From Vicugna vicugna (lineage: Eukaryota): a DNA stretch of 64,000 bases. How positions within the stretch are numbered: position 1 is the stretch's first letter; each line of letters begins with the position of its first letter. The DNA lies in the NCBI GenBank assembly GCA_013265495.1, contig MU060017.1, positions 496,001 to 560,000 on the forward strand, written 5' to 3'. The notes beneath the pieces were generated by a model that worked only from the letters and a program-made list of their open reading frames with translations, ran no database searches and had not been told where the DNA came from. The translations under genes and the position numbers were made by a program. This document shows, piece by piece, positions 12,505 to 26,120 of this stretch.

Positions 12505-12740
12505 GGAGTTTAGTGGTAAAGAGTCTGCATTTTGGAAGCAGACAGGCTCCATTTGAATCTAGACCCATCACTTAATAGCAGAACCCTGAGCAATTCTTTA
12601 GTTCTCCCCTACCCAAGTCTTAGTTACTTTATTAATCCATTAATAAGGATATTAATAAACTCTACTAGATAGAATTGTTATGAGGATTAAAGAAGATAAT
12701 CCAAGTAAAATTCTAGTACACAGTGCCTGGCACATGGTGT
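12505..12740 (+). mobile_element. MIR SINE
   Basis: gtggtaaagagtctg...ttgaatctagacccatcactt...gttatgaggattaaagaagataat...cagtgcctggcacatgg. Confidence 0.75.
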
Positions 12741-12754
12741 GAGTTTTAGTGTTA

Positions 12755-12951
12755 CAGTTGACCCTTGAACCACATAGGTTTGAACTGTGTGGGTCCACTT
12801 ATACGTGGGTTTTTTTTTTTAAATTAAAAACATACTACAGAACAACACGAGTCACAGTTGGTTGAATCTGGGGACGAGGAACCATGGGTATAGAGGGCTG
12901 ACTGCACGAGCGTCAGTGCTCCTGACCCCTACATTGTTCAAGGGTCAACTC
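12755..12951 (+). mobile_element. Tigger2a-like (TcMar-Tigger) MITE
   Basis: 16-bp terminal inverted repeats cagttgacccttgaac (12755) and gttcaagggtcaactc (12936-12951), 15/16 identical, flanked by a TA target duplication (12753-54, 12952-53). Confidence 0.9.
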
Positions 12952-13235
12952 TATTATTTTTGGAACTATCAAGAAACCTTAGAAATTAAGATCCATGAAA
13001 ACTTAAGAACTGAAGCCAAATTGTAATCCTGTAATCAAATAAATTTTAGGTATAATAGAAGATTCTTGTGTATTTTGCCGTAATTGTGTACATGATAAAG
13101 TCGTTAATTGAGTCTTACAACAGAGATACCAACTTCAAGCTAGCAGGCATGCAGGCATGAAGGTACAGGTGGTTATATACATGAAAGACAGAAACACAGT
13201 GTCAAAGTGGATTTGGGCACATTTGTTTGAACAAG

Positions 13236-13666
13236 TGCGATGATTAATTTTATGTGCCAACATGGCTTGGCTGTGGTGCCCACTTGTTTGGTTAAATACC
13301 AGTCTAGATCTTTCTGTGAAGGCATTTTTCAGATGTGATTAGCATTTACCTCAGTAGACTTTGTCTAAAGCCGTTTACCCTCCATCATTTGAGTGGGCCT
13401 CACATAGTCAGTTGAAGGCCTTAAGAGAAACGACTGAAGTCCCCTGAGAAGGAAGCCTCCCCTCAGACTGATTTTGGACCCACGATTGCAACATTAACCC
13501 TCCTCTGGTCTCCTGCCTGCCAGCCTGTGCTGCGGATTCTGGAGTTGCCAGCCTTTACAATAGCATGAGCCTATTCCTGAAAATAATTTCAAAATCTCAA
13601 TCTCTCTCTCTCCCCATATATATATATGAAACAGTTAGCTCTGTTTCTCTGGAGAACCCTAATAAA
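13236..13666 (+). mobile_element. ERVL solo LTR, MLT2B-like
   Basis: tgcgatgattaattttatgtgccaac...tcagatgtgattagcatt...gtgggcctcacatagtcagttgaaggccttaagaga...ctgtttctctggagaaccctaata. Confidence 0.85.
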
Positions 13667-14123
13667 AGTATAATTAATTTTTACATTTTTATTATCACAT
13701 AGTATCAGTGAGACACAAATATCCAACTGAATGTTTGGCTCACAAAAACAAATATTTTGGAAGGGAATTATTTTAAGGAAGGGCTTGGGAATTGAATCTT
13801 TGCTGTGACATCAGATGAAGCCACATTCTTCTAACGGAATTTGAAAGAGTTGCAGATCAACAAAGAGTATGTACACCCATAACCCGTGTTTGAAATCGGG
13901 ACTCATCACTGTTCAGTGCTAACCGGTATGCGTTGCTCTCCCCTCCATGCTGGGCTGAAGAAGCTGTGAATTTCACAACTGCTCCTGGGCAAGCAATATT
14001 GATACAGAATTTTGCTTTTTCATGAAATGGCTCAGCCAGGGTAATTATTTATCTGAACAGGCTGATGCCTCAAGCTTAGTGCCTTTGGATTTCTGCGAGA
14101 CCAGAGATGGGCATGATTGACAG

Positions 14124-14335
14124 NNNNNNNNNNNNNNNNNNNNNNNNNNNNNNNNNNNNNNNNNNNNNNNNNNNNNNNNNNNNNNNNNNNNNNNNNNNNN
14201 NNNNNNNNNNNNNNNNNNNNNNNNNNNNNNNNNNNNNNNNNNNNNNNNNNNNNNNNNNNNNNNNNNNNNNNNNNNNNNNNNNNNNNNNNNNNNNNNNNNN
14301 NNNNNNNNNNNNNNNNNNNNNNNNNNNNNNNNNNN
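14124..14335. other. Assembly gap (212 N)
   Basis: Run of N. Confidence 1.
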
Positions 14336-14769
14336 TAGAGATTTGATGGGAGGTTCATTTGTACTAAGAGATCTGATCAAAATGCAGTTATTAACAGAGG
14401 CTTTGGAAAACAGTGCACAAAAAGCAATAGGGGATTGTTTTTTCATAAAGCATGTCCTACCGGACCATTTACCAGCTAGCTCTCAGCTAATGTTTAAAGA
14501 ATAACGTGTGCAGATAAGCATGTTCTCCTGGAAACCAACTGGATTGTGACTCCCTAATGGAACACTGTATGTAAATACAAATTAGCTTGTTCTAACCCCC
14601 AGTGTTGGACGCCTAGAGGTGGTTTCTTTCCTTTTGCACAAGAGTTTATGGGAAGGAAAATGGACTTCCTCTCGTCCCGGGTCTGTCTGGCTCCTCTTTA
14701 CTGCCTTCATCCTCTTGCTTCTTCTTAGGGCAGCTCTTAGGCAAAATTATAAAGTAGGAAACTAACATG

Positions 14770-14970
14770 GGTAATAAAACGAATACTTATAGAATGCCCG
14801 CTATAGACCAAGTGTTTTACATGTGTTATTTTATTTAGTCCTCACAAAAATCCTGTAAGGTGTGAATTGAAGAAGAAGCATTTTTATTTCTACTTTCTCT
14901 GGAAGGAACTGAGATTCTGAGATGTCAACTCACTGTCCAAGTTTGTCTAGAACGGCAAAGTTCCAACGTC
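14770..14970 (-). mobile_element. MIR SINE
   Basis: gtgttttacatgtgttattttatttagtcctcacaaaaatcctgtaaggtg...gaactgagattctgagatgtc. Confidence 0.7.
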
Positions 14971-15029
14971 TGTCTCTTTCCATTCATTCTTTCACATACA
15001 CCTTTTCTTCTCCTACAAGTACATGTAAA

Positions 15030-15086
15030 TCTGTCTCTGCCTCTCTCTGCTTCTCTATTTCTGTTTCTCCCTCTCTCTATCTGTGC

Positions 15087-15119
<33 letters not shown>

Positions 15120-15140
15120 CCCATCACACACACACACACA
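15030..15140. repeat. Compound (CT)n/(CTGTCT)n/(CA)n low-complexity tract
   Basis: ctgtctctgcctctctctgc...gtctctctctctctctctccccatcacacacacacacaca. Confidence 0.9.
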
Positions 15141-17463
15141 CCCTGCCCCCTCTATACTTCCAGACTTCTGTTGTACTGGGTGAAAACATCAGGTAAACTC
15201 ATTCACACTCAATTGGTAGAGGCTTAATATACTGTGTCTTCCTTAAGCATTTTAATATAATAGGTCAGAAAGAGGATGAAGCTTAGTCGAAAGAATTGCT
15301 TTGTAAATGGATTTTCAAAATCTGTAGAGAATGTGGCTTCGGGCTGGAGGCTTTCTTTGAAAGCCTCAGATAATCCCACTTAGGAACCCTGCTACCTCTG
15401 GCTGGGCCCCCCTGTGGTTTACCTGCGGCTCCTCCCCCAGATGGGGCGTGCTGTGTCCTTAGCATCTCTTTACTGCCACTCAGACTTAACATCTTACATA
15501 CTTTCTACCATCCCATCAGTTAAACAGGTACTTTTTTGAAGGCAGTTCCAGTACAGGAATCAAAATGTTAGTTCTGTTCTTTGTATAATTTTACTCAATT
15601 TCTGAAGAAACATTTCTGATTTTAAAATAACCCTTAACCTCACATCCTTCTCATTGTCAAAGGCTTCTTCCCTCGGCAAGGGTGTTTATTTGCAGACCTG
15701 AATACATTGGACACTGAGCTGGATTTAAGCTCCCTTTTTAACTTTTACTTGAGCCGTTTGACACAGGTTTTAGAAGAACCGAGTCAGACATCCACCTGCC
15801 ACAGCAAATAGGATGCTGAGCACCCTCTTCCATATGGATGGCCCCATTCTACCATCACAGCCCAGGAGCAGCCGTAACAACCACAGAAGCTATTGCTTAG
15901 TTATTTTCAGAAATGACAGCTCAGTGGCAATTATGGGAAAACCAAGATCTTTGTTTTCGACAGGAACTCTTGACATTCAGAGGGAGAGTGATAAGCACCC
16001 CAACAGGGCAAAGCGTTTCATTATCTTGGGGTAACGCTGGCAACTAAGTCACTCCAGTAGGTTCATTTAGACGCCACCCCAGTCAAAATGAAGCTTTCTC
16101 AAAGACCCACATCAAGGCTCCCTGGGACAGAGGTAGGTAAGTGGTACATAATATCCTCACACTTTTCAGTGACCTTGTCACATCTTCCCTGGGGACACGA
16201 TACAGCATCCCAGAGCATCAAAAGTCCAAAGCCACCACCTCACTGTCATTTCACCTGTGCTCCACACAGTGGAGGTGACCCTCCAGCACCCGATCTTCCT
16301 AGCAAAGTGTGAGCCTTGACTACCGCTTGTCAGAGACCTAAACCACCTGAGCACCTTTCCTACAACAACGCACACTGGCTGCTGGCTGTGCTCTGCATCT
16401 CAATTCTGAAATGTCTGCTCCCATCAAATCCTAGCAGAGAGCAGCAGCCCCAGGGATCTGCCAAACATCAGCCACTTGGGAGCTTCTCGGTTTCATCGAG
16501 TCTGACCACTAGAAAGGTACATACTTGGAATGTGTACCTCCAACTTCCCACAGTCGTGTCTTCACAGAGCTATGAATTTAACATGATGCCCTTGGCTTTG
16601 GTCTGGAGTTGATCTGAGAAAGGAGCGCATGAAGAATCCCGCTGCATTTCCCAGAGCTGGTCTGGAGGGTTCCAAAACCAGCGCAAACACTGGTCCCGTG
16701 CCTCATGGAAGGCATGAGAAAGTCCTCAGAAGAGTTCAGCTGTCAATGGAGAGAGTTCTTCTTCTAATGAAAGGGGATGCTTCTGTTCACAAGACAGTGA
16801 GAGCTCTTTAACGCATCATATTTCCTTTTTGCCTAAGTGGCCAAAAGCCCCGGGGCTGAATTTCCATCTCCGTTGCAGTGGTTTTCTGTACTTAAGCTTG
16901 GGAGATAATGACTGCGCTGTCTGCCCGTCTCATCGCTCAGTGTTTCCCGAGACACAGAGCTAGAGGTTATTGCGCTTTTTCTCACCACCACACCCCAAAA
17001 TAGCTGTTTATTATCCTTATTTTATAGACGGGGAAAATAAGGAAGTGGGAGGGGAAGCAACATCCCCTCTTTGGGAACATGTTGGTTATAAGCAGTGAAC
17101 AAGGAGTGGAAGAAACAGCGGTGAGTAGTCACAGTACATGCTCTGAGTCGAAGCAAAATCTTGCGTGGTGCTGGTGGTGGTCGGGTGACACTGGCAGAAC
17201 CCACTCATTCTGTTAACAGGGCACTTATTCAGCAAACCAGACCCTCTAATGTCGGGGAAGCCATTATTGTGGACACACCAGGTTGAGGGCCAAGAAAAAC
17301 GTTTACAATAAAAACTTACCATAGAATTCAGACATCCACATTGAAAGATAGAGATCCTGTGTATACATATTTTGCCCTCCCTATTATTAGGAAACAAGAT
17401 TTAGGAGGCAAGTAATTATAATTTGAGTAATTTGTTTAATACAGTACCCAAAATTACTGTCAG

Positions 17464-17619
17464 NNNNNNNNNNNNNNNNNNNNNNNNNNNNNNNNNNNNN
17501 NNNNNNNNNNNNNNNNNNNNNNNNNNNNNNNNNNNNNNNNNNNNNNNNNNNNNNNNNNNNNNNNNNNNNNNNNNNNNNNNNNNNNNNNNNNNNNNNNNNN
17601 NNNNNNNNNNNNNNNNNNN
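17464..17619. other. Assembly gap (156 N)
   Basis: Run of N. Confidence 1.
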
Positions 17620-20283
17620 CTTCCAAGGGAGAAAACATTCTGTAAATTACATGTAAATGTTTTTACTTGGATGAGTTCTTTTGCATCTGTGCAGAGGATC
17701 ATTTTAATTTACACAAGAATGAAGGTTTTCCGCGACTGAATGTAGTATGCGTGCTTGTGTATCTAATTTCCACTTCATTTATACAGGAGTCTAGCAGACA
17801 CAAGGGGCATTTTGTTATAATGTAAGTGCTACTTAAAAATAAAATAAAATTATAATAAAAAGCCAAGGATTAGTGTGCCATTTCTAATTTTATTTCAGAA
17901 CTGTCCCTCAGAGTGGGTTGGAGCAGATCTGACTCATGTAATTTGGCATTACACTGCTTTAAAGATACAGGCCATAAAGACTTCATCCCAGGAACAGAAC
18001 AGATGAGAAGCTCAGACTGACAAAAAGCATCAGACCGTCTCCCCTTTCCTCACAGCTGTACATTTCAAAATTTAGTGGATTCTTCCTATGTAGAAACTGT
18101 TCTATAAATCAGTCTACTTTCTTTTTTCTTTAATCTCTGAGATTATGTAGCACTTTTGAAAACTGAGTACTTGAAAGCACAAATAATTATGAAGGTATCA
18201 ATTCAGTTTCTTCTCTTTGTGCTATAAAAACCTTTCAGAGAAAGAACCAGCTTCTAGTCTCTGTTTATTGACAGTGAAAAGGATGTGACATTCTGACATT
18301 AATCAGTTTCTAGGATGAAGACAAAGATGCAGGTTTTGATGTCCTAATTTTATTGCTGCATCACTGCAAATGTAATAATAAAGGCCACTGAAATGTGGAA
18401 ATGGGTGTGAATATTTGCCTTTTCCCATTTCAGAGCCATAAGACTTCTTTCCTGTTTATCTTATTAAATCTGCAATATTAAGTGCCCTAAGTGAGTGAAA
18501 GGTTACTGCTTAAGAGTTCAAATGCATACATACCAGCCAATTCTTAGTTTTTACTCTCAGAGCTGCTCCTTCTCCGTTATGGCTCCTTTGTCAGACACAA
18601 TTAAATTTTTAGCATTTTTTCTTCCATAGTCACTTTCTTCCCCCAGCCTTCTCTTCCCTTTGTCCATCTTGGGAAATAAAGTGGTGAAATTCCCCCTGTC
18701 TTGTAACAGAGAGGAATGGGGTTCTGGAGACCCAGGGCCATCTTGCCCAAGATTAGTGATTGGCAGAGAGAGCTGATGGTTTGCCAATCTCCCTGGAGGG
18801 CCAGCACATTTAAGGGGGTGTGGTTTCAGGTGGAGGAAAGGCCAGTGGCCATGTGATCTGCTTGTCTTACATCCATCAAGATGCCTCCTGCTAACTTGAT
18901 TTGCTGTGGGACAGACGGAGAGCAAAGGCGAGCCTCAGGTGGATGTCCCAGCACACCTGCAGGTGCAATGTCTTTGGAAAGGGCTTGTGATTTAAAGTTT
19001 TGAAATCCAGGTGCCCCGATCTCTGACATTCCAGTTAGTTACTTGCCTGTAGAGTCATAATACCTCCCCTAATTAATAAAATCCATTTATCACAAACAGT
19101 TTTAAACTAATTTCAAACTCCGTAAAGCTCAAATAATTAATTGTTGAATGTGCATAAGGGACATTAATAGGAAGTCATTCACTTAGAAATAAAAGGAGCT
19201 TGTATCCGATAAAAAAAAACTTTCAACCTCATGTTTATTTTCTTCACAATATAGTTGGCTTTTGGTCAGCTCATCTTATCTAAATTGAATTGTTTTATTT
19301 TAGATGTACTGATTACACAGACAGCAACGATCTAATTCCATTTAATTCTGTAATATTCAGGGTTATCTGCCAAATATTGACTTGAACACCTAAATATGAC
19401 TACATAATCATCCCAAGATTTGCACCACTGAGGAGTTGTCATCTTGGAAAGAAATAGAAATCTTAAACAATTTATTCACTGTAACTTTATTTGATAATAG
19501 GATAGGAGCTATGTCTATTTTAGTGCTGCTACTAATCTTGCTTTCAAATTAGAATCTGCTCCTTAAGACAGAAAACTTTGAATCACCTTTTTTAAAAAGC
19601 TTTAAAAATCATATGTAGTGCCATTAATTAATTCCACAAGTCTAATTATCAATACATTCCTTCCCCAAAGTCCTCTGCACGGCCAATATTACCTCTGTCA
19701 CACAAGTGGATTTAGGTAGCTTATCTAGTGTTATATAAGCCTGGTAAATCTGAAGCAAATTCAGATACACGTTCAAATTTTACAGCCTTGACTTAATAGT
19801 GAATTTCATCACCTGAATTTGACCCAACCCTTTTTTTCTAAAATAATTCAATAATACAAGGCTGGATCAGGATGGGAGCTATAACAAAATACTTTGTTTT
19901 TTGTTTTACCCACAGTTTCTTGAAATAACAAAATAAAATTTGGATGCATTAAATTTTCTGATGAACAAGAAAGTGCAACATGAGGGAACCAGAAATTCTG
20001 CGGAACTACAAAACATTTAAAAAGCAAACAGGATCAGATCCACGGGGAAAGGGGACTGTCAAAAAGCAAAAGAGAACAAAGCCAAAGGAAACAACACTGC
20101 TCAGATTAAGTAGGGTGAGGACTACCACTGGGGCATTGATTTCACAGGGACACTCCAAGCTCAAGAACAGTGAACACAAGTAGCAGGGAAGTGCCTGAGA
20201 GCGACGCTCCTGTGTTGGAGCCTGCCTGGCCAGGGAGCCCTTTTCCATCCTTCTGTTCGTTGCACTGTGGGCAGCAAGAAAGC

Positions 20284-20845
20284 TCAGATGGTTTCATGGG
20301 AAAATTCTACTACATGTTTAAAGAGCATGTAGCTCCTATATTACATAATTCCAAAAAAGAGAAAATATTTAGAAGCTTTTCAACTCATTCTTTGAGGCTA
20401 GCCCGACAGAATAAAGTACCATAAAATAAAAATAAAACTATAGTTCAAGCTCATTTCTGAATTTAGCTGCAAACATCCTAAATAAAATACTTGCAAATCA
20501 AATCCAGCCACATATGAAAAAGGCTATTTCTCAGGAACATAGTGATGAATCGCCACTGGTTACTCACTATGTTATAATGTATTGGAAATAATATCACCAT
20601 CTTAACAGATTTTTAAAATTAAATCCATGTGCTCATCACTATGGATGCCAGAATTACATCTGATGTAATTCAAATTCTAAGCAAAGCAATAAAATGAAAA
20701 AGAGTCACATAGATCTCCTAAAATCCAAAATATCCCTCAAGGCACACCCAGAAAAGAAAAGAAAAAAAAAAGTTGATAAAGGACACCTATCAAAAACACA
20801 GCCAAATTTTGAAGAATTTTCCATCAAAATGACTAAGAAGAAAGG
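20284..20845 (+). mobile_element. Degenerate old L1 ORF2 (RT-region) fragment
   Basis: cagatggtttcatgggaaaattctac...gctgcaaacatcctaaataaaatacttgcaaatcaaatccagccacatatgaaaa matches L1 ORF2 motifs, with many stops and indels. Confidence 0.75.
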
Positions 20846-20852
20846 AATGCCT

Positions 20853-21480
20853 ATATGGCTCAGGTTCTCCGAGGGGACCTCCCCTGTCCTGGTATAATTA
20901 CTTTCGTGTAATCCCCTCCCTTAGAGTACAGGTGGGACCTGTGACTTGCTTCTAAGCAATAGAATATGGCAAAAGTGGTGGATGTCACTCCGGGATTACG
21001 TTACATTATATGGCAAAGGGGAAGTGATGTTATGTCTAGATTACGTTATGTTATGTAAGACTTCAGCTTGCTGGCAGATTCATTCTCTCTCCCACCTCCA
21101 CTGGCCTTGAAGAGGCAAGCTGTCACTTTTTCAACTGCATATGGAAAGGGCTACATGAGGAGAAACTGTGGGTGGCATCTAGGAGCTGAGGAAGCCTCTA
21201 GCCAATAGCAAAAAATTCTGAAGCTCTCAGCCCTACAGCTAGAAGGAGAGGAATTTTGCCAACAACTTGAGTGAGCCTGGAAGTGGTTGCTTCTCCAGCT
21301 GAGCAACCAGAAGAGAAGGCAGCCCAGCTGACACCTTGATTGTAGCTAGTGAGATCTTGATGCAGAGAATCCAGCTAAGCAGTGCCCAGATTTCTAACCC
21401 ACATAAACTGTGAGAAAATAAATGTGCTGTTTTAAACTAGTAATTTTTGAATTTTTTCACAGCAGTAGGTAACTAATACA
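20853..21480 (+). mobile_element. MaLR solo LTR (MLT1E/F-like)
   Basis: gtgtaatcccctcccttagag...gtgacttgcttctaagcaatagaatatggcaaaagt...gacaccttgattgtagc...ctgtgagaaaataaatgtgctgtttta...aactaataca. Confidence 0.85.
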
Positions 21481-21489
21481 GTCTATTAT

Positions 21490-22633
21490 CACCATTGTTT
21501 TTTTTTAATGTTTAAGGTTTTTTTAATGATGTGATTTAGAACACATTTATTGACATACAATGAAATGTGTTTTTAAAGGGTGCAATTTGATAAATTTTGA
21601 CATGTATATGTATATATGTGTGTATATAGCTATAGATAGATAGATAGATAGATATCCATGAAACTAGCACAGTAATCTAGAAAACATAACCAATGCCCCC
21701 AAAATTTCCCTGGGCCCCCCTTTACTACCCTTCCCACTCGTGCCCCTCATTACCAGACAACCACTCTTCTCCTTTCTGTTACTACAGTCTTTTCCATCTT
21801 TAAGTATTCTAGAAAGAATGGCTTCTTTCATTTGGTATAATTATTTTCAGAATTATTCATGTGAGAGTATATATTAGTAATGTATTCTTTGTTATTGTTG
21901 AATAGTATTTCATTATATGATATACTGCAAATCATCTTTCACCTGTTGATGGACATTTGGGTGGTTTCCAGGTTTTGGCTGTAACAAATAAGAGTACCGT
22001 GAGCATTCATGTACAAGTCTTTGTATAAATGGGTGCTTTCATTTCTATTGGGTAAATACCTAGGAGCAGAGGAAGTGAACCACAAGGTATGCATACACTC
22101 AAATTTTAAGAAAATGCAAAACTTGATTTCCAAAATGGTTGTATTGTTTTAAGGTTCCATAAGCAGTATTTGAGTTTCAGTTTCTCTGTATCCTCACCAG
22201 CACTTGATGTGTTTAGTCTTTTAAATTGTAGCCATTCTAGGATACAAGTAGTGATATCTCATTGTGATTTGAATTTGCATAGCCCTGATGACTATTGATA
22301 TTCAGCTTTTTTTCATGTACTTATTTTCCAACCATATATTTTCTTTTATCTTTGGTGGGGTGTCTGTTGGAACTCTTGCCAGTTTTATGTTGGATTGTTT
22401 GTTTTCTTATTACCAACTTTTGAGAGCTATGTACTCTGAATGGGGTTCTTTATCCAATAAATGACTTGCAGATAGTATCTCCTGTCTGTGGATTGTCTTT
22501 CATTCTTTTATTAGAGCAAAAGTCCTTAATTTTGGTGAAGTTCAGTTTATAATTTTGTTTCTTTTATGGATCATGCTTTTGGCATTATTTCTAGAAAACC
22601 TTTGCCTAACACAAGGTCACAAAGATTTTCTCC
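21490..22633 (-). mobile_element. Old L1 (L1MB/MC-like) 3' UTR and ORF2 end
   Basis: cacctgttgatggacatttgggtggtttccaggttttggct...gggtaaatacctaggag...tcctcaccagcacttg...gatatctcattgtgatttgaatttgcat...tttgcctaacacaaggtcacaaagattttctcc; embedded (GATA)n at 21633-21654. Confidence 0.85.
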
Positions 22634-24120
22634 AGTAATCTTCATTTATTTCTGAAGGTCACATTTTCTTTCTGTTATCATTTTCCTTCCACTTTAAGAG
22701 CTTTAACATGTTTTGTGGTGCAGATCTGTTGGTGATGAATCCTTTCAGCTTGTGTATATCTAGAAACATTTCATTGAGCCTTAATTTTGAAAGATATTTT
22801 CACCAAATAAAGAATTACAGGTTGATGCGCTTATTCTTTCAATAATTTTTAAATTGTTGCTGTACTGCCTTTTACCTTGCATTGTTTTTGATGAGAAATC
22901 TGCTGTCATTCTTATCTTTGTTCCTTACTATATAGTATGCCTTTTCTCTGCTTTTAAGATTTTCTTATCACTGCTTTTAAGCAATTTGATTATGATGTGC
23001 CTTAGTGTAATTTTCTTCATATTTCTTGTGCTTGTTTTTTGACCTTCTTGGATCTGTAGTCTCTATAACTATAAATGTTTTCATCAAATTTGGAAAGGTT
23101 TTGGCCATTTTTTTCCCTTTTTTTTTGGTTCCCTCACCCTCTCTTCTTTGTGCATGCTAATTACATGTATATTTGATGACTTGAAGTTGTCTTCAGTTCA
23201 CTGATTTATATTCCTTTTTTACTAGTCATTTTCACAATTTGCTTAATTTTGAACAGTTTCTGTTGCTGTGTTTTTACATTCACTATTTTTGCTATTGTAG
23301 GCTATATCTAATATCATTAATCCCATCCACTGTATTTTTTACCTCACACTTATTTTTTTTTTGGTGTTTAGAAGTTTTATTTGGGTCTTTTAAATAGTCT
23401 TCATGCCTCTATTTACCATGTTCAATATTCACATGTTCAACTTTTAGCTTCTCAAATATATGGAACACAGTTGTAACAACTGCTTCCATGTCTTGTTCTA
23501 CTAATTCTAAAATCTGTGTTGTTTCTGAGTCAGTTTTGATTGACTGGTTTTCTCCTCATTAAGATTTGTACTTTCCTGAATCTTTGCATGCTGTGTAATT
23601 TATTATTAAATGCCAGACATTTTGTATTTTACCTTATTGGTTGTTAGATTTCTGTACTCCTATAAATACTCTTTAGCTTTATTTAGCAAGGTGCCTAAGT
23701 TACTTGAAAACACTTTGATCCCTTTGGATCATTGCTGACGCAAGGCGCTTCTTGGGATCCTAATCAATGCTGCTGAACTATGAGATTTTCTAACATAGCT
23801 GTTGGAAACACACTCCTCTCAGCCTGTGTGGCCTCTGGGCACTGTTCACTCTGATTCTTTGGATTGGTTCTTCCCTTGACCTCAGATAGTTTCCTGACAC
23901 ACATGCATTGATTGGTGTTCAGCTGGACCCTCACAGGGACCATGCTGCAAATCTCTGGAGGTCTCTCTTGGTGCTGCTCTTCCCTCTCTAACACACTGCC
24001 CTCCCTGGACTCCCAACTTTGTCATCTCAACTGAGGAGGATGGCCAGCTTCTGCCTGGGTTGCCCCTCTCTGAACCATACCTAGAAACTCTGTCCAGGTA
24101 GTAAGTAGGGCAATTCATAG
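22634..24120 (-). mobile_element. Old L1 (L1M) ORF1/5' region
   Basis: gcagatctgttggtgatgaatcctttcagct...ttgaaagatattttcacc...gatgagaaatctgctgtcattcttatc...aatttgattatgatgtgccttagtgt, typical antisense L1M ORF1/5' sequence. Confidence 0.7.
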
Positions 24121-24164
24121 TGTGCTTACCTTTGGTAATATAATTTTAAAAAATTTTCTGAATC

Positions 24165-25110
24165 AGAAAAAAAAAACACCATAAGCAAATTAAAAGGCAA
24201 CTATGAGACTGAGGGAAAATATTTGTAACATATGTAGCAGAAAAAATATTAATATTAAAAATAGACGAAATATAAATCAATAATAAAAAACACGTTAGCC
24301 CAAGATAATAAGGGTCAAATTTACAGGAGAAAAATAGATGTGGTTAAAATACATATAAACTTATACTTTATCTACTTATTCACCAAGGCAATGTAAATGA
24401 TGTGTGATTTTTTTTTCAATTACTTGATAGTAAATAATAAAAAGATCAGTAAGTTTCAGTATTGCCATTGATGCATGGAAATAGAGACTCACAGGGATAG
24501 TGGAGAGTAGTCTACATTTGGATGGTCTTTTCTGTGGGGAATTATGCAATTTTTATTGAAAGATTAGGTACACATGCTCTTTGACTCAACAATTCCGATT
24601 CTAGCAGTCTGTCCTGTATTTATAGCTATTTGCATATGTGCATAAAATTTTTCAAAGAAGGGTTCACTAAAAATAAAATTGGGAACAGCCTAAATGTCTA
24701 TCCATTGAGAATGGTACAATACACTATGTTGTTTCCATATTGTAGAAAACTCTAGAGCTACTGGAACGAATGTGGTAGCCCTATATGATTTGACATGTGA
24801 CTAGTTTTAAAGATATTATAAAGTGAAAAAAAGTACAGAGTAATACATATAGTAAGATCCCATTTATTCTTAAAAACATAACCTTACATGAATAACCTTA
24901 CAACCTCTTATGAGTATATATTCTTATGAAAATGTAAAAGCATTAAAAAATTTGGAAGACTGAATTTAATGGTCTACCATAATTACCTTTGGGAATGGGG
25001 TAAGTTGGTTAAAAAGCAACATTCATACTCTAATAACTTCTCTATCGCTTGAATTCTTCCAACAAATAGTGTATGTACTATCTGTGTAATTATAAAATTA
25101 AAACATGGGG
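24165..25110 (+). mobile_element. Old L1ME-like ORF2 end and 3' UTR
   Basis: aaacaccataagcaaattaaaaggcaac...gggaaaatatttgtaacatatg...ctctttgactcaacaattccgattctag...gggaacagcctaaatgtctatccattgagaatgg. Confidence 0.7.
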
Positions 25111-25989
25111 CAAACTGAATGCCAAAGTAAAGGAGAGAAAAAGAAAGTAAAAAAGAATGAAAAGAAGGGGGAAATGCCATTCTGAGATTTATAACTGACT
25201 GGTAGAGGTCATGTGGAATACTTAAAGTTAGTTTACACATTTGTGGTCTATTCAGGGGACACCGTAGGATATGGAGGAATGTAATAGAATTTTAAGGATT
25301 TTGTAAGTAGTCATCATTCATTTGCAGAATGTGGATTTGGAACTGAGTGATGAGATTACGTGTGTAAGAGAAGCCGTACCATTTGGGGATAAGGAAAGCA
25401 CAAGTTTTCAACCCTTCATCTGATTGTTAAGGACAGACAGGTAATATAAAATCTAATGCAAGAAAATAAGAAAATTTAGTTTAAAAAATGAGAAATCCAT
25501 TTCTGAACTCATGTAAGCTTTCTCCCCAGATCTAAGATGAAAGCTCATCAGTTGTAAATACTCAGTGTTTTCCATGGTGATGGAATTTAAATTAAACCAA
25601 CAACAACAAAAATGTGGAGCTTAATAGGAAATCAGAAGCCCATTGTGTAAGCCTTGTAGCCGAAGATGCCTGGGACAGGAAGGGCAGAGGCTAAGTTTCT
25701 GTGATGACCCATTTCTTGTGGCTCTAGCCCTCTTTCAGATTCTGGGTGTCTATGGAATGTTTGTTTCAACAAGAATTTGTCACTGGGCAGTCGCCCTATG
25801 CAGGGATCAGGAAACTCTGAGCACTCTGATCATGCTGGATGGTTAGCCTTAGGGTGACAGTGATAGAGGACTCAGGCTCTCCTTGGTTGATGACACTAGC
25901 CCCTGAAACTGTCCTCCCTCCCCCACTTCCACCTCTTCTCCCCTCTCTCCCTCCTCCTTCTTTCCTTTCTTCCTTCCTTTGTTCTTTCG

Positions 25990-26120
25990 TTCTTTTATTC
26001 AACCCAACAATTTATTGAGCAGTTACTGTGTCAGGCATTGTTCCGGCAGAAATGCTGTAAAGAAGTCAGTGAACACAACAGAGGAAAAGCCTTCGTGGCA
26101 ACAATGCCTTCATTCCTAGT
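25990..26120 (-). mobile_element. L2 3' end fragment
   Basis: ttcaacccaacaatttattgagcagttactgtgtcaggcattgtt...gtgaacacaacagagg; preceded by a CT-rich tract. Confidence 0.65.
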
